A stretch of 62,793 nt of DNA, counting the filler, from Welwitschia mirabilis (Eukaryota), in NCBI GenBank assembly GCA_051453625.1. It is 4 parts of one record of this genome, joined end to end, with 100 filler letters (N's around TTAATTAATTAA, not from the genome) between each part and the next. Parts side by side here need not be neighbours in the genome. Positions count along the whole stretch, not along the records: positions 1 to 30,662 come from JBOZIK010000001.1; positions 30,763 to 47,188 come from JBOZIK010000001.1; 2 more parts are not named here. One strand, 5' to 3'. Of the stretch, positions 27,901-41,011 are shown piece after piece (position 1 is the stretch's first letter; each line of letters opens with the position of its first letter). The notes under the pieces are model-generated. The model did not search any database and was not told where the DNA came from. It was given only the letters and a program-made list of their open reading frames with translations. The translations under genes were made by a program, and so were the position numbers.

Positions 27901-30100
27901 ACATTGCAGGGTAATGGAAAGAAAAGGGGAGAAGAGGGATATTATAGATGTAATAAGAAATGATAACCATTGAATTGTTTAAATAACTTAATGGCCAAGA
28001 TGGATTTTCCATGGATTGAGATACGGATTGATAATAAAAAGCATAATTGTATTCTTATGATGTGTTGTTATCCTAAGAAACCATTATTAAAATTGTATTT
28101 TTAAGGAAGACATGAAATTCAATGCAAAAACATCATCCACATATTCCAAAAGATAGGTTACCTAAATTAATAGTCATATTTATTAAGAATTTCTTAAATT
28201 GTTTTCTAAAGTTAAAATGTATCACATTGTCATAAAAATAATATATCCTCTAAGTAAGCCTATAAGTAAGTAAAAATCACTTATGCGAATTTTTAAGTAT
28301 ACAAGTCAAAAAAAGTAAACATAAGAGCCTCTCCCAATTTCACCTTTTTCATTCCAATTTTTACCTTTTTTACAATTACGCTTTGTTCCTTATTTCAAGA
28401 ATTTTAATTAAATTGGGCATATAGTATTATGATATCTTCTTCCAATAGAGTTAAGCATGTTGATGAATAAAGGATTTAGTGCTAAATTTCTAGTGAGAAT
28501 TTATAGCCTTGATGTAATTGAACATGTCATAAATTAAACCCTTAGAGCTGCATTATTAGTAAGCATTCATAGCCTCAATGCGGTTAACTAAACCAATTTT
28601 AATTCATCATTAAATAATGTGATTTTTGAAGATAAGTTTTTTCATTTTCTTCTAATTACTACTTATCATATTTAATTAATTTTAATGCTCATAAAAGATT
28701 TATTGGTTCATTAGCCTAATTAAGATAATTATTATTCCCATTAAATGCTTTAAAAATAATTAACTTAGCATAAAAGTAGATTTTACCTTAATTGAACAAC
28801 CTTTTTTAATTGAAAAAAATTAAGTGAAACTAACCTTAATAAATTAACTTGAAAATAAGCAAAATCTTTTCTTAAAAAACTACAAGTAAACTTAAATTCT
28901 ACCTATTTTCAATAACAAAATGATCAATTATTAATAGTTTATTTCATTAAGAGCCATCAACTAGGATCATATAATCTTAGAACTTTATAGATGGATGAAA
29001 GAGAAGGAGGATTGATGGATTTTATTAGGTGGTAAAAAAGGAAAAGTGATGGATTAAAAGGCTTGAGGTAATGGTGGTTTATTTAGTGATGTGGCTGGTA
29101 TTTTGGGTTTCCTACTTGAACATGTTTAAGGTGATGACTATATAGGTGAAAGTTCTTGATTGGTTTAAGGGATGAAAGGGAATCAAGTATTAAATTTTTT
29201 TAACATTTTTAATTTTTTTAAAACCAAAATATATTCTAAAAGAAAATTATATTCTTAAAAAAAATTATTTAAAAGCATACAAAGAATTCAAAAATTTTTC
29301 AAGGCATTTCTAAGATACTAGATACATGAAGGCTCAAAATGATAAATGTCACAGTTAGGTAGGTTTTGATAGATTTTTATGCATGATTCTACAAAAACTA
29401 GAAGAACATTAATTTTAGTAGTAAAATTTATTCATTTAAAATTAGCAATTTTCTGTTCCTTAGCCTATTTCTATTTACTCAACAACTCATGCAAGACATT
29501 ATGTTATGATGAAGACAAAGGTGAATTAAAAACCATTAAAGAAGGAAATTAATCATTAAGAAATGTATTAGAAGATGTTCTACAGGCATATAGAATTTAT
29601 CTTCATCATTGAGGTTTGAGTATTACTTAGTAGGTAGAGACATGATTGATTTAAGAATCTGTTGAGAAAAAGACAAAGGCTTTTCATAGGATGAATCATG
29701 TAATGTCTCTCGAGTAATTATCTTTTCTTCATTATATTTTTTAAGGTATTCTTCCTCAAGTGGTTATGCAAGGGACAAAGGTTATGATTCAAAGATAGAT
29801 TTATTTTCTATTCATTAACATCTTCTATTGATTCATCCTCTATTGAGTAGCATTCTAATTTTTCTTCTTCTTTAAATATTTGCTTACTAACTATAGATTG
29901 ATTATCTTCAAATGTGTTTCATCCTACTCCAAAGTATAATTTAGATACATCTCATCATTTACTCTTTAGGGAATATCTAAACTCAAGGTACTCTTAGATA
30001 TCCTCCTTTATTTTATTGTGGCCTTATTTAAGGTTTTATTCTTCATTATTAAGGAATATGATTTGGATGTTATTCATGCTAGTCTCATTAATTCCTATAA

Positions 30101-32539
30101 GATCATGAAAACCTATTAGAAAGAACAATAATCCTTTAGAAAAATTATGGATAAATATCAACAAAGAATTAGAAAATAATTAGATCCATGATATGATGCT
30201 AAAAAGTATGGAAAATAACTTTAAAAAATCCAATAAAACAACTAAAGAAAAACAAAAATAAAAATGGACAACTAGGAACATGAAGAAGATTTCTTTCTTA
30301 CCCTAAATGTTAACCTAACAAATTTCCTTGACAACAATTATAAAATTACTTGATAATTATGCATGACATAATGTAAAACATCATAAAATTCCAGTTGAAT
30401 AGGCAATGATTATGACGATGTCAAGTATGCTAATGTTATCAAACAATGAATGATAAGATAAAAAGATATTTAAGATAGGAACTTATAGGATACCATATCA
30501 AAATAAAATTAGAATCCAAAAAAGTAGAGTGATCATGTGGAATTACTAGAAATTAATAAAGAAAAAATGATCTAGAAAACAAGCAATTCCTCTGATGACA
30601 CCAGGGACATCACTAATATCATAGCATTAAAATGCAATTCATTTTTCCATAATGGGGGAACTNNNNNNNNNNNNNNNNNNNNNNNNNNNNNNNNNNNNNN
30701 NNNNNNTTAATTAATTAANNNNNNNNNNNNNNNNNNNNNNNNNNNNNNNNNNNNNNNNNNNNAGGCCAATCTTATTATTGAAAATGCCCAAGTAAAATAT
30801 TACTCATTAGGGAAACTTTATAAGCAAATGTCAAGCTAAACATATTCAAGTGATAACATGATGTTGACCTGAGGAATGAGTTAAGAAAGAATTTAGATAA
30901 TGACAAATGGAAGGTTCTCCACATGAAGAGGGGCTTCCAAAACAAGTGCTTCTATTATGTTCAAGGTTTCATCAAGAGATGACTCATAAAGTTTTAACCT
31001 TTATCTATTAACCTTTTGGATTTTTCTAGTATTCAGACCAGATATTTTAATTGAGCTATTTGAGTGTAATTTTTTTATAAGATGAGGATCTAACCATTTA
31101 AAAGTTAACCTGCAATGGAAAAGGTGTACTTAGGTGTTATATGGAAGGATAAGTTAACTAGGTATAAACTGCTTATGAATAATATTTTTATCATGTGTAA
31201 ACTTGACTTGAGTTTTATAAATCAGTTGATGATGTAAAGCATGAGTAAATTTTTCATCTAATTGGTTAATTTGGACTATTCAAATTTTAAGATTGTCATT
31301 CAAGTCTACAAGGTTAAGTTGATGGGTAGATCGATAAGAATTATAGCAAACATCAATTGGTAATACGCACACTTTGCCATACGTAAGTTTATATAGTGAG
31401 AAACCTAAAGAGTTACACCAAGTAGTATCGTAAGCCCAAAGAATATTATTAAGTTTAAAGAACCAGGTTTTCTTATTAATCAAGACTAATTTTTGAAGCA
31501 ATTTTTTGATTTCTCTATTTTCATTTTTATCTTGAATATTACTTTGAGTATGATAGGCATAAGTAATTCTATGTTCAACCCTAATGGATAAAAGAAGTTT
31601 TCAAAATAGGTAATTAATGAAATGAGTTCCTTGATCATAAATGATAATTCGTGGAAATTCAAATTATCTTGCACATGGTTCAAGCATCATTTTTGGTAGT
31701 AGGAACAACTTCTATCTACTTAGTAACATAATCCACAGCTATAAGGATATACTTTTTCTCCTAGGAAGGTGGTGCAATTGGGACTACAAAGTCAATTCCC
31801 CAAAAATAAAAAGGTTCATATTCAAGTATGGGTTTGAGGGGTATATTATGAGAATGAGTTAGAATACCATAGCATTGACATGTACCACACATCCTAGAAA
31901 AGTAAAATAAGTCTTTGAAAAGAGTAGACCAATAAAAACCAAAGTGAAAAATTTTCATGGTGGTCTTCTTGCCACTAAAGTATCCTTCACATACATCACC
32001 ATGACAAAGTTTTAAGATTTCTAAAGTTTCCCACTCAGGTACATACTTATGCATAATTTAATCTTTGAAACATTTATAAAGATAGGTTTTATTCCACTCA
32101 TAGTCATTGATCCTATGGAGGAAATTTTTGCATTTGTTATGGTTCGAATGTTGAGAATTTTTTATAGTTATAATGTAGTTCATGATGTCAGCATACCAAG
32201 GAGTGGGATGAGATGATGAGATGGCATAAAGTTCTTTAATTGCAAAGAGTTATTTATCAAGAAAAGATTCATTAATGGTAGTTTTATCATGAGAGCAAAA
32301 AAGTTCAGATAGATTATCAACAATGCTGTTATGTTTTCTAGTCTTGTCAATGATGGTAAGATTAAATTCTTGCATGAGAAGAATCCATCTAATAAGTCTG
32401 GTGCTAGAGTCTTTTTTAGTTATGAGATAGTGGATGACTGCATGATCTGTGTAAACATTGATGTGAAAACCAAGAAGATAATGTCAAAGATAATCTAAGT
32501 AAAAGATAATGACAAGTATTTTTATTCAATAGTAGTATA
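30101..32539 (-). mobile_element. Athila-like family A, piece 1: 3' noncoding region plus integrase/RNase H
   Basis: ORF 31761-32054 ILKLCHGDVCEGYFSGKKT...GFYWSTLFKD...CGTCQ...EPFYFWGIDF; LWAYDT; LLMQEFNLTIIDK; VYTDHAVIHYL. The noncoding part matches 41965-43030. Contains an artificial spacer. Confidence 0.9.
30663..30762. other. Assembly spacer 44N-TTAATTAATTAA-44N
   Basis: Exactly 100 bp; the identical construct occurs three times. Confidence 0.97.
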
Positions 32540-32719
32540 NNNNNNNNNNNNNNNNNNNNNNNNNNNNNNNNNNNNNNNNNNNNNNNNNNNNNNNNNNNNN
32601 NNNNNNNNNNNNNNNNNNNNNNNNNNNNNNNNNNNNNNNATATTACTAATCATGGAAACTTTATAAGTAAATACATATGTCAAGTTAAAGATATTCAAGT
32701 AATAACATAATGTTTACCT

Positions 32720-35700
32720 AAGGAATGAGTTAAGAAATAATTTAGATAATAACAAAATAAAGGTCCTTCTCATGAAGAGGGGCTTCCAAAATAAGTGCTT
32801 CTATCATGTTCAAGATTTTATCAGGAAATGACTCATAAAGTTTTAACCTTTTTCCATTAACATTTTAGATTTCTCTAGTGTTTAGATCAAAGATTTTAAC
32901 TGAGTCATTTAAGTGTACTTTTTCTATAATATAAGGACATAACCATTTAGAAGTTAACTTGTTGTGCAAAAAGTGTACTCAAGTATTATACAGAAGGACA
33001 AGTTGACCATGTTCAAACTATTTATGAATAACTTTTTATTATGTCTAAACTTGACTTGAGTTTTATGAATGAGTTAACGATTAAAGCACGAGTACTTTTT
33101 TCATCTAAATGGTCAAGTTAGGCTAATTTAATTTTAATATTGTCATTTAAGTCTACAAGGTTACATTGATGGGTGGATTGATAAGAACTATAGAAAACAT
33201 CAACTGGTAATACACACACTTTGTTGTACACAAGTTCATAGGGTGATAAATCTAGAGAGTTACGTTGAGTAGTATGGTAAGCCCAAAAAACATCATTAAG
33301 TTTAGAGGAACAAGTTTTCCTATTAATAGAGACTAATTTTTTAAGCATTTTTTTTATTTCTCTATTTCTATTTTTAGCTTGACTATTAGTTTGAGGATGA
33401 TAGGCACAAGCAATTTTATGTTCAACACCAATGGATATAAGAAGTTTTTGAAAAAGGTGATTAATGTAATGAGTTTATTAATCACTAATGATAATTCATG
33501 GAAAACCAAATCATTGAAAAATATAAGTTTGAACAAAGTTGCAAATGGTTTGGGCATCATTTTTTATAGTGGGAATAACTCTAATCTACTTAGTAACATA
33601 ATCCACCACTACAAGGATATAATTTTTCTTATGGAAAGGTGATATAATTGGGCCTACAAATTTATTTCTCAATAATCAAAAGGTTCACATTCAAGTATGG
33701 TTTAAGGAGAATATCATAAGAATAAGTTAGGGTACTATAGTGTTGACATGCATCACACTTCCTAGAAAAATCAAATAAGTCTTTAAAGAGAGTATGTCAA
33801 TGAAAACTGAGTGAAGAATTTTCATGGTGGTATTTTTACCACTAAAGTGTTTTTTACATATTTCACCATGGAAAAGTTTTAAGATTTCTAATATTTCCCA
33901 TTTAGGTATACACTTACACATAATTTGATGTTTATAACATCTATAAAGATGGGGTTCATTCCATTCATAGTCATCGATCCTATGAAGACAATTTTTGCAT
34001 TGATTTTGACTCCAATGCTGAGGATTTTTCATAGTCATAAGGTAATTCATGATGTTATCATATCAAGAAGTGGGGTGAGAAGATGAGATGGCATAAAGTT
34101 ATTTAATTGAAAATAGTTACTCATCAAGAAAAGAGTCATTAATGGAAGTTTTATCATGAAAGCAAGAAAGCCAAGAAAGATGGTCAGCAACACTGCTATG
34201 TTTTCTATTCTTATCAATGATGGTAAGATTAAATTCTTGCATTAGAATGATCCACCTAATAAGTCTAGCACTCAAGTCTTTTTTAGTCATAAGATAGCAG
34301 ATGGTTGTATGATTTGTATAAACATTGATATGAAAACCAAGAAGATAATGTCAAAGATAATCTAAGTAAAAGATAATGACAAGTATTTTTATTCAATAGT
34401 AGTATAGTTGGATTGGGCTTGAAAAAACATTTTACTAAGATAAGATAAAACTTTGAAATAATTTTCATATTTTTAGCCAAGAACCCCTCCTACAATATTA
34501 TTTCTTGTATCACACATAAGTTCAAAGTTTTTACTCTAATCAGGACCTATGACAATAAGTTCAGAAGAAATGTTTTCTTTGAGGGTTTCAAATGCAAGTT
34601 GGCATGAATTATTCTAATTGAATTTAACATCTTTTTCAAGTAAGAAGTGGAGAGGTTTATAAATTCTAGCATAATCATGAATAAATTGTCAATAAAAACT
34701 AGCATGTTCAAGAAGATATCTAACTTGTTTTACATTAGTTGGAGGGCTAATATTTTTAATTTTATCAACTTTGATGGAGTCCATCCTAATCCCTTGTTTC
34801 GAAATGTGATGACCTAAAATAATTTCATATTGGATAAGGGAAAACACTATTTCCAACACAAATGTAAGCCACTTTCAATATGTCAATCTAGAACTTTCTC
34901 TAATATCACTATAGTTTATTCAAAAGTATCACCAAAGAGGGAGAATTCATCCATAAAAATTTTAATAGAACCTTCTATCATATCAGAAAATGTCCCCATC
35001 ATGGCTCGTTGAAAGGTTCCAAGGGTATTGCAAAGTATAAAGGAAATTCATTTAAAAGAAAAGATTCCAAAGGGAGAAGTGAAACTAATTTTATCTTGGT
35101 TTCACTTGCTATATAAATTTGATTATAGCCACTATATCCATTAAGGAAATAATAGTAGACATGACTTGGATTCTATCAAGTACTTGATCAAGAAAGGTTA
35201 AAGGATAATGATCTTTTTTTAGTGATCTTATTATATTTTTTAAAATCAATGCACATTCTCAATTTCCCCCCTTATTTAAAACTACTATTGAAGGACTAAC
35301 CCACTCACTATTGGATATGACATATATAATTCTGGCATTTATAAGTTTGATGATTTCATCTTTAATGATTTTTCTAAGGGTTGGATTTAGTCTTCTTTAG
35401 GGTTACCTAACATGTTTAGCATTATCTTCAAGGAGAAGTTATCTTAAACTATGAAAAGAAGAATGCCATCTAAGTCTTTATGTATTCAAGCAAAAGCATT
35501 TTATTTCAAAATTAGGAGTGAGATGAAGTTAAATTCTTGTTAAGGAGTGAGAAGGTTACCGATTATCAGATATTTCATTTGATTTTTAAAAAGTAAAATA
35601 TATTTTAATCCTTGGGGTAATTTCTTTAGCTTAAGGATGGTATTCAGGGTTGTTGTCTTGTCTATCATGGAAATAATAGACATGGGACGACATGCCTCAA

Positions 35701-37507
35701 AAAGTTTTTCTATTGAATAAAGATGTTGAGTTTCTTCATAGTCTATGTGTTCTTCATTCTCAGACTCAAGACAGTTTGTTTTAATTAGATCATCATACAA
35801 AGTTGGTTCATATAGCATGATTAATCTCTCTTTAATTAATCGATGTTATAAAAACACGGTTTGTTTCAATTCATCTTTAAAGTTAAACTTAATTCCTATG
35901 TCTTTTTTAGCAGCATCAAAAACTATAATGATAATTTGTTTGTTATCAAAATGGTATTTTATCATCTTAAATTGTGTGTTAATGATGTAATGGACAATTG
36001 CATAAAGGCTCTTTCTAGAAGTAGTAGATGTTCTCCATCATGTTCTATCTTAATTATGACAAAAATCAATGGGTAAAATGCTTCCTCAATTTGGATGACT
36101 AGGTCCTTGATAATTCCTAATGGTTTCTTGATTAAGGTATTAGTTAATTCCAAGATGATTGGTGTAGGTTTAACTTTGTTTTATAACCCAGGTCTTTTAA
36201 ATATGTGGAGAGACATGATGTTTACAACTGCTCTTATGTTAATTAAAGATTTTTGAATTCTTTTGATTTCTTCTAAGATAACACTTATAGTTGTAGTCCT
36301 AGGATCTTTTAATTTAAGACATTTTTACATGACTAAGTTGAAAAGAGATTGGATAAGAAAAACTTTGCTAGGAATGATATGTTTTTGCTTTCTTCTTTAT
36401 AAATCCTTTTATAACTTAGAATGTTTAGAACTTTCTTGGAAAAGTTTCCAAAAGGGTAGGTTGATATCAATTTCTTGCATCAAATCTTTCAGGCATTCAT
36501 CAAAAGTAGGATTTTTATTTAATCTATCAAGCCAAGAAGTAGATGGTGTCTTTCCTTTTCTTCCTTGTGAAGTATTTTTAGTGGAGGTCCTAGTAGGCAA
36601 TGTTGATGAAAGGTTGTATGAATCTATAATTTCCACATCATCTTCCTCATTTATTTCATTATTTTTAGAAGTTAAAACCTCATGTATAGGAGGTGTTATA
36701 TCTTTTTAACTTCTTGTTACTATCTTCAAATATCTTCTAGCTTCAATTGGATTGGGCATTGGTTGAAATGAAAGAGACCCTTGTGGTCTTTGGTTAGCAA
36801 GCATTATTTGTTAAAGCATATTTACTAGGTTCTCAATGTTGCTATTAGTTTTTTCCTGCACTTTTCTCATCTCTTCTATGGATTCTCTAAGTGGATCATT
36901 TTACTTTTCTTGAAAATTAGGTTGAAAGTTGGAATTCTTGAATCTACTTTTAAATGGTCTTTATTGAGATTGCTCACCTAATTTTTGTTGGAATTATGGC
37001 TAGTTTTTAAAGTTATATGCTCTCTGGTGGAAGGCACACACTTGCTCAAGCATCCTTTCCTTATAGGTTGATAACAAAGGGCATTATTTTGTTGGATGTG
37101 AGTTATCTTCATAAATTTCACAATTTGAAGTTGAGTTTTCATTCTTTACCACCTTCGCATCAACTATCATTTGTGTATACTTATCTAAAGTAGTAGTAAA
37201 ATCTTTCATTAGGTTGATTGAGTCCTCCCTTTCTTCTTTCTTGTTATGTTTCACTTCTTTTAAACCCTAGTGTGATTTTGTTTAATGGGTTTAGGCCAAG
37301 TTTGACTTATTTCTATCAAATTTTCTAACATACTCCATGCATTATCTAGGCTTAAATTTAACAAGTTGCCTTCATAAGAAAAATCTATTAATTGCTTTAT
37401 TGAAGCATTCAATCCACTATAAAAATAATCTACTAGCTCTTCTTTATAAAATTCATTAATAGGATTGGAATGACTAGAGATTATAAAATGTTCATAGGTT
37501 ATTACAT
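32720..37507 (-). pseudogene. Athila-like gag-pol remnant (A2)
   Basis: Protease SLINIRAVVNIM (~36215-36250) and KPLGIIKDLVIQIE...YPLIFVIIKIE...LLLER; RT CNTLGTFQRAMMGTFSDMIEGSIKIFMDEFS; integrase WNEPHLYRC and VFWAYHT; gag QPMPNP-like segment at ~36750-36790. Confidence 0.92.
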
Positions 37508-38329
37508 NNNNNNNNNNNNNNNNNNNNNNNNNNNNNNNNNNNNNNNNNNNNNNNNNNNNNNNNNNNNNNNNNNNNNNNNNNNNNNNNNNNNNNNNNNNNN
37601 NNNNNNNNNNNNNNNNNNNNNNNNNNNNNNNNNNNNNNNNNNNNNNNNNNNNNNNNNNNNNNNNNNNNNNNNNNNNNNNNNNNNNNNNNNNNNNNNNNNN
37701 NNNNNNNNNNNNNNNNNNNNNNNNNNNNNNNNNNNNNNNNNNNNNNNNNNNNNNNNNNNNNNNNNNNNNNNNNNNNNNNNNNNNNNNNNNNNNNNNNNNN
37801 NNNNNNNNNNNNNNNNNNNNNNNNNNNNNNNNNNNNNNNNNNNNNNNNNNNNNNNNNNNNNNNNNNNNNNNNNNNNNNNNNNNNNNNNNNNNNNNNNNNN
37901 NNNNNNNNNNNNNNNNNNNNNNNNNNNNNNNNNNNNNNNNNNNNNNNNNNNNNNNNNNNNNNNNNNNNNNNNNNNNNNNNNNNNNNNNNNNNNNNNNNNN
38001 NNNNNNNNNNNNNNNNNNNNNNNNNNNNNNNNNNNNNNNNNNNNNNNNNNNNNNNNNNNNNNNNNNNNNNNNNNNNNNNNNNNNNNNNNNNNNNNNNNNN
38101 NNNNNNNNNNNNNNNNNNNNNNNNNNNNNNNNNNNNNNNNNNNNNNNNNNNNNNNNNNNNNNNNNNNNNNNNNNNNNNNNNNNNNNNNNNNNNNNNNNNN
38201 NNNNNNNNNNNNNNNNNNNNNNNNNNNNNNNNNNNNNNNNNNNNNNNNNNNNNNNNNNNNNNNNNNNNNNNNNNNNNNNNNNNNNNNNNNNNNNNNNNNN
38301 NNNNNNNNNNNNNNNNNNNNNNNNNNNNN

Positions 38330-39396
38330 GATATGTTTGGCATATTCACAAAAACAATACGATCTACTTTTACACTATAATTTTCTTTTGCAAAATCTGA
38401 TTTTAAAGTAATAAAAGCAAAAAAAATCTTCTTCTTCAATTTTGGGAATTTGCTTATCTGGGGTATGAATACCTAGATTTAGCTGGAAGTCGAATAATCC
38501 TTCTCTAATGTTTTCTTCGACTAGGTTCCGTTCTGTCTAATATTTTGTATTTTTACCAAAATTTGCCATGTTCTTGCATGCTTAATCAACAAACAAAAAA
38601 TCAAAATGAAAAATAATAGACCATCATCTGTCTAGTCATGGACACAATAAGAAAGATGATGATCATAGTAAAAGAAATCCAAAACTATGAAAATTCACTG
38701 ATAGAAGAAAACTAGACTNNNNNNNNNNNNNNNNNNNNNNNNNNNNNNNNNNNNNNNNNNNNNNNNNNNNNNNNNNNNNNNNNNNNNNNNNNNNNNNNNN
38801 NNNNNNNNNNNNNNNNNNCTTAAATTTCTTAATTCTACATCATCTATAGGAGATAAATCAAAAGGATTTTGAATTTCACATTTTCTATTTGCAATTAGAT
38901 CCCTAAGAGTAACATTTGAATTTGAAGACGAAGTTCCTATTATGATTGGAGTATTAAATGAAGCAACTTGATTTTGTTTTGTGATGATTTTAATACATTC
39001 AACATTCGAAGAAACAATATGATCTACGTCTACACTATAATTTTCTTTTGCAAAATTTGATTATAAAACAATAAAAGTAAAAAATCTTCTTCTTCAATTC
39101 TAGGAATTTGCTTACCTGGGGTGTGTGTACTTGAATTTAGCTCAAGGTCAAATAATTCTTTTCTAATGTTTTCTTTGATTAGGTTCCATTCTCTCTAATA
39201 TTTTATCTTTTTATTAGAATTTACCATGTCCTTACATGCTCAATCAACAAATAGAATACCAAAATAAAAAAGAACAGATCATCATTCGTCTAGTCATGGA
39301 GATGACAGGAAGGATGATGAGATGACAGGAAGGATGATGATCATAGTAAAAGAAATCCAAAACTATGAAAATTCACTGATAGAAGAAAACTAGACT
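38330..39396. repeat. Diverged ~390 bp direct duplication in the A2 5' leader (38330-38718 versus ~39010-39396)
   Basis: Both read tacactataattttcttttgcaaaat...gatagaagaaaactagact. Copies differ internally; a 100-N gap follows the first. Confidence 0.8.
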
Positions 39397-39789
39397 GTCA
39401 TCTAAACTATTGTGGAGATAACAGATAAAATGATAATTTACCTAAACTTCATAGAAAAGATTATTATGAAAAGCAGAAAAATAACAGGACTGTCATTTTG
39501 CTTGTCATGGAAATAACAGATTTAATGATAGTTTTATTACCAACAAAAAATAAAAAGAAAATTACAAAAATAAAAACTAATTTTGAAATTTCAAATCTGT
39601 TGGGCCTAATATTATTGGAACAACAGAGACAATGACTAGAATCCTAAGAAAAATTATGAAAATAAAATTACTTGAAAATATATATACTTTAAAGTATACT
39701 AGAAATATAACATTAATTCAATAAATAATATGAAGAAAATATTCAACATACTTATCTAATTAATTACAATTCTATAACTCCTTATATCC

Positions 39790-39811
39790 TTCCTTAGAAA
39801 TAACACTAAAA
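39790..39811 (-). promoter_or_regulatory. Decayed Athila-type (tRNA-Asp) PBS
   Basis: - strand TAGTGTTATTTCTAAGGA versus TGGCGCCGTTGCCGGGGA: 8 of 9 differences are C>T or G>A; directly adjacent to the LTR. Confidence 0.7.
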
Positions 39812-41011
39812 TGTTGTAGTGTGAATTTATATAATCCTAAAGTCCTTTAAGTAAACTTATAAATAAAAAAACTTGCAAAAAACACACACTAGTATAGAAG
39901 GTAGTTCATCTGAATATCGTAATCCCAATGAAGGCACTAGGTTAAGAGTTAGAAAATTGATTTACAATATGTTTTTGATATTTTATCTTATAAAAACTAA
40001 AAGTAAATAAATAAATAAATGTAATGCAAGTGAATAGAAATGAAATGGATATGGAATGAAATCTCTTGGTTCCTAATCCTTTTATCACAGGGACTAGCTT
40101 CTTTATAACTTAGACCAATTAAGAAGAGTATTCAACTAGTTATTAACCAACATAAACTATGAGATCTACTAAGTAGAACATAAAATGCAAAGTGAAATGG
40201 AATGAAAAAGCAAGGAAAATATAATACTAAATAAGATCAACTTAATAAAGGTTGCCCTTATGATCTTGATAAATCACAGAGTTGTTACTTAACTATAACC
40301 AATGTAAACCATAAGGGACATACAGAATGGAAATGAAATAGCAATTGTATTGATTCAAAATAGTATTTGGATTTTAACTCAAGAACTTTACATCCACTTA
40401 CAAATAGAATAAAAACACCTCAATGAAAGAGACTTAGCCTTATACCAACAAATCTCCTTTCTGGAGATCTAGATGAATCTTTTGTCCTTCAATCTTACAT
40501 CACAAGCATATCAAGTACAAAANNNGAAAATAGAATTAAAAAGGAAAAAGGTATTTATAGTTTTGCATTAAGGTTCTAGGAAAAAAGCCCTAGAAGTTAG
40601 AAAAAAAACCCTAATAGATCCATTACAAAGATATTTATTTCTAATCATATAAAAATAGCTATCATCCCAACTGTTATTGGGATGACATAGGGGATATTAC
40701 CCAATATCAAATATCTTCATGCCTTACTATCAATCCCACAGCTTTTATCCATGTCACAGTGTTGTCGTCCTACATGTTGTGGGAATGACATAGGGGATGA
40801 CAGTCTTCCTTATCTCAAATCTCAAAGGTAAATTAGTCTTTTGTATTATGAAGTCTTCTTTCAAATATGAAGTGTTAGAATAATCCTAAGAAATCATCAA
40901 ATATGCTAATAATTAATGTTTTATTTATTATTCTCTTAGATCTCCATAGTCATCAGTATTACATCCAAAACTATGTAAATGTCCTACAAAAGCACTCAAA
41001 ATACATCATCA
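39812..41011 (-). repeat. Family A LTR (1.2 kb), shared between pieces A2 and A3
   Basis: TGttgtagtgtgaa...atacatcatCA; reverse-complement homolog of 55167-56406; TATA-like CTATAAATAC on - at 40551-40560. Confidence 0.88.

Larger units (their letters stand above)
24746..30100 (-). mobile_element. Athila-like family B, copy 2: 3' LTR, env-like ORF and internal region, truncated at ~30100
   Basis: Shares LTR and internal sequence with B1 but has an extra ~1.7 kb that includes the env-like remnant. Confidence 0.65.
32640..41011 (-). mobile_element. Athila-like family A, piece 2: LTR, PBS, 5' leader, gag-PR-RT-RH-INT (degenerate)
   Basis: Gypsy domain order on the - strand, plus a decayed Athila-type PBS next to LTR 39812-41011. 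Confidence 0.9.

Noticed and set aside
32461..32539. End of A1 is identical to ~34335-34407 of A2, suggesting gene conversion
   Set aside because: The identity abuts a gap while the rest of the copies are diverged; more likely contig extension with reads from the paralog.
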